From NCBI GenBank assembly GCA_000004985.1, contig GG738889.1: 64,000 nt of DNA. One strand, 5' to 3'. Under the pieces are notes generated by a model. It ran no database searches, was not told where the DNA came from, and saw only the letters and a list, made by a program, of their open reading frames with translations. The position numbers and the translations under genes were made by a program. This document shows, one piece after another, positions 11,485 through 22,600 of this stretch. Origin of the DNA: Naegleria gruberi (Eukaryota). Position 1 is the stretch's first letter. Each line of letters opens with the position of its first letter.

Positions 11485-11982
11485 ATGAAAAATTGGACCA
11501 AAACAACCAGCAGAACAGTTTCCTTCATAGACGAAACTCAAAAGGTGAAGTCTAAAGTGGAGGGAAAGAATGTTGAACCAAAACTTAAAAAAAGATTGAG
11601 AAAAGACTTACAAAACAACAAATTGCTGAAGAATTACTTTGTGTTCCATAATGAAGATCCACAGGGTGATGTGTTTATTTACAAAGTTATCCAAGATCAA
11701 AAAGACGAAACTATTAGAAACCAAGATAAAGTAATCACACGCCACAAGATACCAGTTAAAGCAATGGACATAAATAATACTTCATCAACCAATCCACCTT
11801 TTCATCCAGGCAATCATTCAGATATTCTAAATATTGCAAGTTTCCTCTCCAGTATTCCATTACAATCAGTTGACCAGCTTGATAGAACAACCATTGCATC
11901 CTTGTTTGGGCTAGATGCTACTAATCATGAAACTACACATCTATCTTATTGTAATCAAGACAATGAATCCACTTTTTTATGA
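11485..11982 (+). CDS. hypothetical protein, possibly continuing into a second exon to about 12217
   Basis: ATG-initiated 165-aa ORF with a basic N-terminus. A candidate 42-bp intron (GTAATC...AACAG) at about 11947-11988 would join it in frame to the 11990-12217 ORF. No family recognised. Confidence 0.3.
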   Translation: MKNWTKTTSRTVSFIDETQKVKSKVEGKNVEPKLKKRLRKDLQNNKLLKNYFVFHNEDPQGDVFIYKVIQDQKDETIRNQDKVITRHKIPVKAMDINNTSSTNPPFHPGNHSDILNIASFLSSIPLQSVDQLDRTTIASLFGLDATNHETTHLSYCNQDNESTFL

Positions 11983-12172
11983 TTCTCAACAGTACTGTAA
12001 AAAAGCTTTCTCATTTGCAAGCATTCTTGAAACACAAATAAACCCTGACAATTATACTCCTGAAATGGTGGTCTTTGTTAACACTGGATTGACAATTATT
12101 AAGGTTTCATATTTTCAAGACATGGTTTTTATTATTACAATTCCTCTAGATCCACTTCATGCTTCCAAAGAA

Positions 12173-15100
12173 TTAGAATCTTGGTGGAGGTGGAGGAACA
12201 CTACCACCACCAAATGAAGGTGGAGGAGGAACACCTCCTGACATTGGTGAGGAAGGTGGAGGTGGAGGAACACTGCTTGCTCCACCAAATGAAGGTGGAG
12301 GTGGAGGCATAGAACCACCTGATGGTGGAGGTGGAGGTGGAGTATTCATCATATTTCCTCCCATTGTTGGGGATGAAGAATATGAGCTAGGACTGCTACT
12401 GTATGTATCCATAGATGGAGGTTGTGAAGTTGGAGTATGTTGTGAAGAACCACCAAATACTGATCCACGACTTCTGAAATTAGAAAATGATTGTTCATTG
12501 GTTGTGACAGTGGCAACAATTTTGACCTTTGTGAAATCTTCATCGGCTGGTGGTGCGTAATCATCTGGAGTATTGTCTGCAAGTGGATAGTAATTACGTA
12601 AGCAATTGAATACACGATTGTTAATGGAACGAACAATGTGTGCATTATTGAGGAATGGTTTCAATTTTTCAAAACCTTCCTTTGAAATATTGGAAATATT
12701 CAAAACGTGATCAGAAAAGTTGAAAGCATCAAATCTGAGTTGTTGTTGGAAGAGATAGACAATTGTAGAACCTCCCCAGAAGAAACCATCTCCAAAGACT
12801 TCAAAATCAGATGGTTCATTGGCAACTTCAGGTGGAATACAGAAAACAAATTGCAAAACACCCCACAAACGATAGAATTCCTTTGAAGAGTCCAACTTTT
12901 GCAAACGATCTGGTGGTGAAGTACCTTTCCATGATTCTCTAACGTTAGCAAGGAAACCACTCATTCTTTCCAAGAATTGTTTGAAGAGTGACAATAGTTC
13001 ACGTGGAGGTTGATACATTCTCATAGCTCTAGAAGCTTGTTCAGTAAGCTTCTTGGACAATTCTGGAGCGTGAATACTTTGTTGAACTTGTGGATCATTG
13101 ACGAATGAAGCAATAGTTGTGGCAAGTGGTGTTTGTTCAACATCCTTTCTAATATAATAATCAGAAAGTTTTTGCAACAAGAGTAAATCTTCTGACATCA
13201 TGTGTTCACTTGTTAAACCATAACGAGATGATTTACGTGCAAGACTATTCTTTTGGTGTTGTTGCTGTTGTTCTTGGAATTCAGCTTCATTTTCAATTTC
13301 TTCTTGTAACTTTTCAACTCTCTTTTGTTTGGCAGTCTTAGTGAGCGGCTTAATACCCAAGAATGGAGCAGAAGCAATATAGGTTGAAATATTTTGAGGC
13401 ATCATACTAGAATCGAGTAAGAGAAGGAAACAGATACAATTACCAATACTTCTAAAGGCGTGGAATACACCTCCCTTCAAATCATCATAATCAAGGAAAT
13501 CTCTGAATTGAGCAATGAAATATGAATAGACACCTATTAATTTGTAAGCAGCAGGTTGGAGTGTAATCTTTGGTGCAATGGCTTCCATCATAGCACCAAT
13601 GTATGGAGACATTTGATTGTACAACTTATCTTCAATATCAGTAATAACAGTTTCAATAATGAGGGCAAGAGATTCTTGACCAACCAATCTGATCAAAGTT
13701 TCAATGTGTGGACGACCGAAGAATTCCTTATATTGATCTAAAATTGGTGTGAATGCTTCAGAGAAACCAGCTGTTACAAATTGATGGAGAGCACGAGGCT
13801 TGTAACTTTCTCTCTTGTAGTCAATTTCACTGTATGTATATTTACTACGTACGAAACGATGGGTGACAGTGTTGAAACAGAAGTTAGGGAAGAAGTCCAT
13901 AATCAATTCTTCAATAATGTGTCTGGCAATACGACTTTCGAATGAAACCATACTGGTACAATCGTTGACTTCAGCAAAGACAGATTCGAAAGAGTCCAAA
14001 GCAAGGTGTTTAGATAAAAGTTGGTGAGTGATTTTAACACTTTCCAACATGATTTCCAATTCAACGATACCATTCAATTCTTGGGATTCGAATTTCTTGA
14101 TGAGAGCCAAAATGTTTTCTCTGATGTTTACGTTCATACGTTGGGTAATAATATAGTTCAAGTCAACATATCGACCAAGAATGTTAATGTGTTTCTGTAA
14201 GAGCAAAACGTCAAACTTGCTCTTGGTAAAGTTAAAGTTTGTCTTTACGAATTGATCCTTTTCTAATGGAACACGCAACTTGTTGTCAAGTAAAATACCA
14301 AGAGCAACAGATCTGTAGTGTTTGTAGATAGATTCACTCAATTTAAAGATCAATTGATCAAAGACCAAGTTAACTTCAGCTTCAATTTCATCATATAAGA
14401 ATCTACGCTTCAAAACAAACAATGCTCTATAAGCGGCATCATTGTAAATGTTAATTGGATAAATGATAGATTCCATCAAGGCACTGTTAGTTCTCTTCAA
14501 AATTTCTTCAGTAAGAATCCATGGCAATGACATTTCAATAGGGAACTGAATCTTCTTGGAAATTTCCAAATAGAATTCACGATACCACAAATCAGCCAAA
14601 TCAGCAGCACGTCTCAATGTGGTAGAGTAGGCCAACAAGTAATTCCAAGTGTAGGTCTTATTGTAGAATTCCTTGAAAGATTCGACATGGGAATCATTAA
14701 AGTCTTTCTTGGAGAAAATACCTGATTTTTGCATACCTGGACTTCTTTCACTGTACAAAGTGGAAATGATTGAACGAATCATGTGAAGTTGTGTGAAAGA
14801 TGGACCAACAATTCTCTTTGGATATTCCAAGGCAGCTTCACCCTTCTTCTTTGTTGGTTTGGTAATGTCTTGAGGTGGTTCATTGAGCCAGTCACCAGCC
14901 AAGTTTCTCAATTCCAAAACAGTTGGGAAGATTGGTCTTTGCTTGTTCTTTGTGTGATAGAGCATATCTTGTAAGTCAACTTGGATGAACTGTTGCAATT
15001 GGTAGTGAATTTCTGAACGAATCAAAGGAGCCATCAATGCATTTTGTTGTAACATGATATTTTCGAGACCCTTGATCATTGAAATGGCATCAACTAGAGC

Positions 15101-16728
15101 TGATCTTTCATCCTTGTCATAGTTGAAACGAACCACACGTTCATATTCAAGTATATCAACCTTTTGACTAGCATCAACAGCTTCATAACGTTGCTTTAAA
15201 GTTCTTGCTTGTTCATCATCAATTGGATGTGAGTATTTCCAAGCACATTGTTCCAAGATAGCGGTTGTCCAAGAGGCAATTAATTTCATACCTTGTTCAG
15301 TCATATCTTTAGCTTTTTCACGCATTGGTTGAGGAATAATTGTTAACAATTCTTGACTTGTTGGAGAATCCTTGATCAATTTCTTCATACGATTGATATG
15401 AAGTTTATAATTTTTAGTGAAATTTTGGAAATCAAATCTCATCTTTGGAATTTGATTAACAAGAAGGAATTGTTTTTGTAATTGTTCTTCTTCCTTTTGA
15501 GAGAGAGACCAATCCTTTTCTTGTAAATTTGGACAATTCTTTAAAACTGTCTTGATAGAGAATGTCATATCACCATATAATGGAATATTTGGATATGATT
15601 TGAAAATCTTGTTAAATCTACCCATACTGTTGGATCCAACTTTTCTCAAATAGTTATTCTTTGAAGTATCCTTGTTATCAATGAGATACATTCCAAATAC
15701 CAAAACACGAATTAATGTGTGTTTTTGATCACAGAACAAATATTGATGATCTTCAAAATTTTCAGAGCATCTTTCCATCAATAGAATGATAATATCTTCA
15801 TATCCAGCATTCTTTATCAGAGAATCTTTGAGACCAGAAATGATAGTATTATTGTTTGATAAGAAATTATAAAGAAGACCATATTCTTCACTCTTTGTAT
15901 CTAAGAAATTCAATTGTTCTTGTGTTAAACCTTCCTTGTCCATGAATTGAGCAGCACGTCTAACAGTTGACATGTCGTTGTTAATGGCTGCTTTCATGTT
16001 TTTGAGAGCATCCAACTTGAGGATTGTATCTAAAACACTAATCATATAATCAAACATGGTTTCACTAGGAATTTCCTTTCTCTTTTCATTAGCAGCCATT
16101 TCAATCATAATCTTTGTGAGTGTTTTGACGGTATTTGTGTGAAAAGCCATCAAATCACGAATCTTTTTAATTTCTGGTTCCAAAACATCGAAAAACTTTC
16201 TATATAATTCAGCCTTGTTTTCAGAATCTGCTTGAATTTGAGGAAGAGCACGTGAAATTGAACGATAAGTGTACAAGGTTTGAATAAAGTATTCACCAGT
16301 TTCTATTATTTCTTGCTATTATTATTGTAAGTGTTATTGTTAGTGATAGTGATGTTATTATTATAGTTGCGATATTTGATGGTTTTGTTGTTGTTATTCG
16401 AAATGGTGGAATCGAATAATATTTGTCATCAACAATTTGTGATTATTATATAATAAATAGTAAAATAAAGATCATAATTGTGAATGTAATATTAAATAGA
16501 AGCAGTGTGAGATTAGTCTAATCATGAGAACAAACCTACCAAAATTTGAATATGTTCAGCTTCTTTAGCAAAACGAGTAGTATAACCACAACGATCAGCA
16601 AAATTGAGTGGACTTGTAAAAGCACCAGTTTCGTAACTAATATAATCTGATGCTGCTTCAATGGTTGGCTGATTAGACTCAACCATGTAAGAGTTGAGTA
16701 CTTTCAATCGTTGCTTGGTATTGTCCAT
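12173..16728 (-). CDS. CYFIP: cytoplasmic FMR1-interacting protein (CYFIP/Sra-1/PIR121, WAVE/SCAR complex subunit). Two exons at about 16728..16540 and 16315..12173.
   Basis: Exon 1, MDNTKQ...NFADRCGYTTRFAKEAEHIQIL, aligns to the CYFIP N-terminus ([21 protein letters not shown]). A 224-bp intron (GTAGGT...AATAG) follows. Exon 2, QEIIETGEYFIQTLYTYRSISRALPQ..., aligns along the whole length of metazoan CYFIP1 and includes conserved blocks such as QFPIEMSLPWILTE and YDEIEAEVNL. It ends with a roughly 120-aa non-conserved Pro-rich tail. Confidence 0.9.
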
Positions 16729-17479
16729 TGTGTAGATGGAAGATTATTGAATAATATTGATGTACAATTTGATGGGATCTTCTTGTTGCGAAAAGCGCAG
16801 AGTAGAAATTTGGTGGGAAGGAAGAAGGGAAGGGATTTTTTTTTGTGATAGGTTAACTTGGGAATGACAGATGAATGTTTTGACAACTACTGTTCGTTGA
16901 TTGTTTTGTGCTGGAAGGTAAAATTGTGAACAAAAAATGTGTGAATTATTAAGAAGGGAATGTCATTTTGTGGTTATCTTTTCAATTTTATGAAATCAAT
17001 AATAATTGAAATTAGTACTTTAAAAATATTAATATTTCGTTCTCATTTGGTATTGATAATGATTAATATTTAGCATGTTTGATAGGGCCCAATTTGATCC
17101 TTTCTCATTCAATTTCGGGATGAAATATGGTGTAGGGACCGGAGGGCGAAAATAGTGTTGTTGTGATGAAGCAAATTCCATTTGGGGAAGATTTTAAGGT
17201 AGCAGAAAATTCACAACGTTAGAAACCAACATTTTTTTATGGTATGCCTTACTGTTTGTGTTGAGCGTCTTAAAGGAGAAGTAGCTGTTCCTTATTAAAT
17301 CCATGAAGGGTAGAATTTTTCTTGTTGCCCTTTACCTCCCGTATAAAATTTCCAGATCAATGTTTGATCAAAATCGCGAAGCTTTTTGGTTATGGGTTTT
17401 ATTGAAGTTTGATATCTGGGATCATTGGTTTTGATATTGAGTTTGCTAAGTGATGTACAGATTCTGGACCTGTGATTCA

Positions 17480-19240
17480 AAATAAAAAAATAAAAGGATC
17501 AAAACTGAGTACCAATGTAGACATCAAAACTTGATACCAAAATTGTTGTAAATAATTGATAATTTATTCAATTTTGACTTGTCAAAATTAACAAGTCGAA
17601 AATTTACAAGTTGAGGTAAGGAGAAATTACTACTCTTCACATCATGAAGTGATTCTATCTAATGATTAAACAATATGATTCAGACTTTTCGCATTCTATG
17701 AAATGATTCTATAGGATTGAGTTCTAATGAAAATAAACCATATGAATCATGTCCAATAATGAGATTCGTTCATATCCAAAATGAATCAATCCAATCCTAT
17801 TCATTTAATGATTTCCAATCAAACTTGAGAATGTAATTAACAATTAGTAAATTGAAAAGTTGACTTACAATGACCATTCACTTGTTGGAGATGATCTATC
17901 CAATAATGATTCTTCTCTTGATTTAATACAAGAACAATTACTTTACAAAATACAACAATTACTTACTAGTCATTATATATTGTCAATGCATTGATCCTTC
18001 TGATTGTTATTAATACAATTCAAATGTGAATGATTAACATTGCACTAATGATAAACCTACCTTACATGAATCAAGTCATTACATTGTTACATAATCTGAA
18101 ATACTTAAACTGCTGCGACCACTTTGATTATTAAATGTTGAGTGATATTATACTTACAAAAGAGTTCCACACATTTATCATGGTCAATATACTGTTATTG
18201 TTATATTATTGTTATTAGGAAATTGTACAGGAAAACCTACATTCTGATTGAAATAAATCTACACTTTACCAATTAAAATAGATCGTTTAAATTCTGATAT
18301 ATTAGTCATGATGATATTCTCATTTACTACTTACAGTGTTAATATTGAAGAGATGTATTTCTGAAAAGAGAACAAGTCTTAATAATTAATTATTCGTGAT
18401 ACTTACATTTAAGCAATTGAGAGTGGTATTTGTGCAACAATGAGGGTACAAACGTGTCGTCAAAGTTAGCAAGCAAAAAACACCAGGACCTTTGATAGCA
18501 GAGTTGCAACTTCCTACCCTCTGTGGTTTGATCTGATTCGGAAGCTGTTCTTGTTTTTGTTGTTGATGATGAATCGTCCTGTTGATCAACTATAATAATG
18601 ATGATGATCGGAATATCACAGGCTTAAATAAATACATACTAGTCGATTCATCCAATTCATATTAGTTCAAAACTACTATATCGATTTACCAATCCTTGAT
18701 TGTCCAATGTAAATACTATAGTTGAGCAACCTGTTACGCAATGATTTCCTTGTACGATACCTCCTCGAATACAAAGTAGTATGCCATTTTTTTAAGGTAA
18801 AAATAGCCTTTGATTTTACAAAGGGAATTGGCGGGATCTGACAACATTCTTAAATCTATTAAGGCCACTTGTCCCAACCTGCTAGCTGGCAACTACCAAG
18901 AAGTGTCGGAATTGTATTTGGCAATGCTGCAATCAATGTTGATGAAGATGATAACGTGTGGAGATCTTACTGTTGTTGATCCATAACTGTTGATAATGGT
19001 CATTTTGAGGATGATGATGAATGTTTGGATGAAGAGTGTGGCAAAGCATAACCTTCATAAATTGGAACAGTGGCAGGCACCATCACCAGAGTCCAAAACA
19101 ACACCAGTAGTTCAACTAGAAGCATACAAGGACAAGACAGCTTGAATAGCAACATACATAGCTGAAACTGAGAAGGTTTCAAAATACGTACAGGTAAGTG
19201 TGTCTAATTATCATTCATCTTCATACTGTGCTGTAGTAGG
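17480..19240 (-). other. putative unannotated multi-exon (non-coding or micro-exon) transcript in a long intergenic gap
   Basis: There are at least five exact GTAAGT donor consensi (ACTTAC on the plus strand) and several near-matches spaced about 95 bp apart between 17860 and 18410. One intron is a perfect GTAAGT...TTTTCAG, and a GTAAGA...TTGCAG intron lies near 18955-18998. A small hydrophobic ORF sits at 19000-19182. No long ORF is present. Confidence 0.2.
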
Positions 19241-19605
19241 ATTGTAATCTTACTCTTGAATAAAGCTCTTATTCTATCCACAAGAGTAAGGATTCAAAGT
19301 TGTTATTCAGCATGTTTTCAGTAGCAATGAATCAGGGAATTTTTCAGAGTCGAATTTTGATTCAGCTATTGGATCAAAACTCTCTATCAAATCAATTTGA
19401 TCCTCGAAAAATTTAATTCGGATCACAACTCAACATCAAATTGTTTATTTTTCAAAATTTGATATTGAGTTTTCACAAACTGACCATCAAAAATTTTATA
19501 CGGGACGCAGTATTATTAAGATTTAAAAAAAGGCTTTTTGGAATGACCAACAACGCTTTGAATAACAACAATACCAACACACTATTTTTAGCGAACACAC
19601 GGAAG

Positions 19606-22600
19606 ATGTGGTCGTCTTCAATGGTATATTGTGTTCTTATTTTAATGTTGATAATATACTTTATTGAGGCTACGGAATCAACAATAACGTGCAATAACAT
19701 TGATAGCAACTTGAGTAATGTTTGCTCAGGAAATGGAATTTGTATTTCCAATAATGTTTGTTCGTGTTATGTTGGTTTTGATGGAGCTGCTTGCGATACA
19801 CCAAGAACTATTCAGAATTTATTTGCAGGATACTCTGTCTTATCAAGAAATTCTTCAATATCATCCAACAAAATAATTAATTTATTTGGAAATGTTGCAA
19901 ACACTCCCTCATCGTCTCAACTCTATACTAATTTCAATATAACATCAGGTATTACACATGATGGAGATGTCTATGCTTCTCATTACATTAACCAAGCAGA
20001 ACAATACTTTAAACAATTAGACAACCTTCCTTGCGATTTTACTCTGAGATCATCTCCCCGTATTGGTAGAATTGAGGTTCGTTATGGAGGTGTTGGTTGT
20101 TTTGAGGCTGGTTGGACTGGTCCATCAACAGTGGTTATTAAGGGCTCTCAACGAGTAGTTTTCAAGATTAAGGGTAATTTCATTACCAATGAAATAACCT
20201 TTGCTCTCTCCAAATGTGCCTCAGAGAATAATATTTACTGGCTTGTGAATGGTAATACAAAGATAACTAACAATTTTAAGGGAATTCTGAAAACTGCTGG
20301 AAAGGTCGATATCACTAATGCTAACATTGATGGAACATTGTTCATTAATAATACCTCTGCGACTTTTACAAATGTAACCTTTGGACCTGTCTCCACATTT
20401 GATCCATATCAGTCATTAACTAACTCTGAGTGCTCTCTTTCTTCTTGTTATGGAATCCTTTCCAATGAAACATCTGTTTGTGCTGGTGTAGGTTTATGTT
20501 ACGATGACAATGCCTGTTTTTGTCCATTGGGATATGGACAAGATTGTTCATTACCTTTGTGTTATGGAGTGCTTCAAAACTCTGCTAGCGTATGTTCTGG
20601 CAACGGTAATTGTACAGGACCAGATACATGTGAATGCAAAGAAGGTCATCTGGGATTGAATTGTTCAATTTCTCTCCCACCTTGCTATGGAATTGGAAAT
20701 GATACCAGTCGCATTTGCTCAGGTGTTGGAAATTGTACATCGAAAGGAGTGTGCAGTTGCCCTGATGGATATGGATTTGATTGCTCAGTACCCATTTGTA
20801 ATGGAGTGCTTGCCTACAACAAAGCATGCAGTTCTCATGGTACATGTATTGCCCCTAACAGTTGCTCATGCTCATCTCATTATCATGGAGACAATTGTGA
20901 GCTTACTACATGTTTCGATATTCCATCAGATAATTCCACGACTTGTTCTGGAAATGGTGACTGTATAGATTACAATCGCTGTAGATGTTTTGATGGGTAT
21001 CAAGGAAGTGATTGTGGTCAGTTGACAACTACAATAATCTACGAAAATATCACAATCTATGAGAATGAAACCATATGGATTGAATATAACACCACAGAAT
21101 ATATCAATGAAACTATATATATTCGTCAAAATCAAACAGATGTAGTAATTGATGATGGTGCAATTATATTTACACCAAACCCTACAGGATCTAATCCAAT
21201 TACTTTCAACACAACTAGAGTCAATGTCACTATTATTACCTACTATAATGCAACCTCAAATTCTACTACCACAGTGACAACAACTACAACAACTGTTGTC
21301 GTGTATACCACAATAGTGTGTAGTAAATCCCTTAATTGTTCCAATCATGGAGAATGTAATTCCAATGGAGCTTGTACTTGCTATTCAAACTTTGATACTG
21401 GTTTTTGGTCAGGTTCTAGTTGTAACACTTGTAGAGATGGATTCCATGGTAATAATTGTGCTACAAAGGTTGTTGGACCTGCTTACATATCCAATGATTT
21501 CACAGGAGTTACGTTTTATCTTTATGCACCAAACTCTTACACAAGTAATCAAATAAGCTGCAACAAACTATTACATCCTGATGATATCAGTAGTAACATG
21601 TTTGGAGATGCAAGCAAAATACAATGTAGCTATGTAGATAGGGCTAGCTACTTGTTTATGATTACTTTTGGGTCTAATGATTATGTATTTAATGCTGGTG
21701 CGTCTAACTTACGTATTAACACTCATGTATTTGATCAGAGTGCAGGTTCTGCAGATTATCTTTCAATGATTATCAATCTACCACAAGGATTTTCTGGTCC
21801 AGTAGCCAAGATTTCAATGGCGTTTACTTCAACATACAGCTCTTGCGAAGAAATTGTAATTGATGGTTCAGGAAGTACTGCACCATATGGAGGTAGTCTT
21901 ACATATTACTGGACTTTGCTTAATGCAGCTACAATGCAGGTTTTATCGACAAACTTTGCAAATCAACCAAAAATTACTCTTCCAGCTTCATTAAGTTCTG
22001 GAAGTTACCAAGTATCTCTGAAAATTCAAGGTGAATTCTTACATCTTTCCAGTGCAGTAGTACACACAGGAACATTCACTAAAGCTCCAAAACCTGTTCC
22101 AGTAATAACTTTTTACAAAGGAAATACCCAGCTAAGGTATACTAATCAATTCCCATATACAATCAAAAAAGTAATCGAATCTCCTTGTAGAGACTCAAAT
22201 AATACAATAGTACGTTGGGAACAACTAAGCGGACCATCTATTGAGTACTCAGTGGACTCCTATAACAATCTATACATCCCAAAACTCAAAACATTTGGAA
22301 ACAATAACTATACATTTAAGGTATCCGCTTATTATACTGATGCAAATTATCAAGGTTCTAGTGATTTTGTTTTAATTACACAATCACCTCCTTTGAGTTT
22401 AGAACTTTATCAAGCTGAAGCAAAGACTGATCACTCGACTGTTGAGGTTATTTATTCAGACCCAGAATCTGCTTTAATCTCAAAAAGTGAAACATGGACT
22501 TGGTCTAGCTTGGATTATCAAGGACCAAGATTATATACATTTTTAACTACCCAATCCAATCAAAAATCTTCTAGTCTTTACTTGACATCCAATTATTTTG

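Noticed and set aside
17560-17620. Small inverted repeat GACTTGT(caaaatta)ACAAGTC in the long intergenic region
   Set aside because: A 7-bp stem in AT-rich DNA is within chance expectation. It is noted only as part of the larger intergenic finding.
19441-19605. Upstream extension of the EGF-repeat gene ORF (MFIFQNLILSF...)
   Set aside because: It is an in-frame read-through of the 5' UTR. A bona fide signal peptide begins at the Met at 19606, which is the likely true start.
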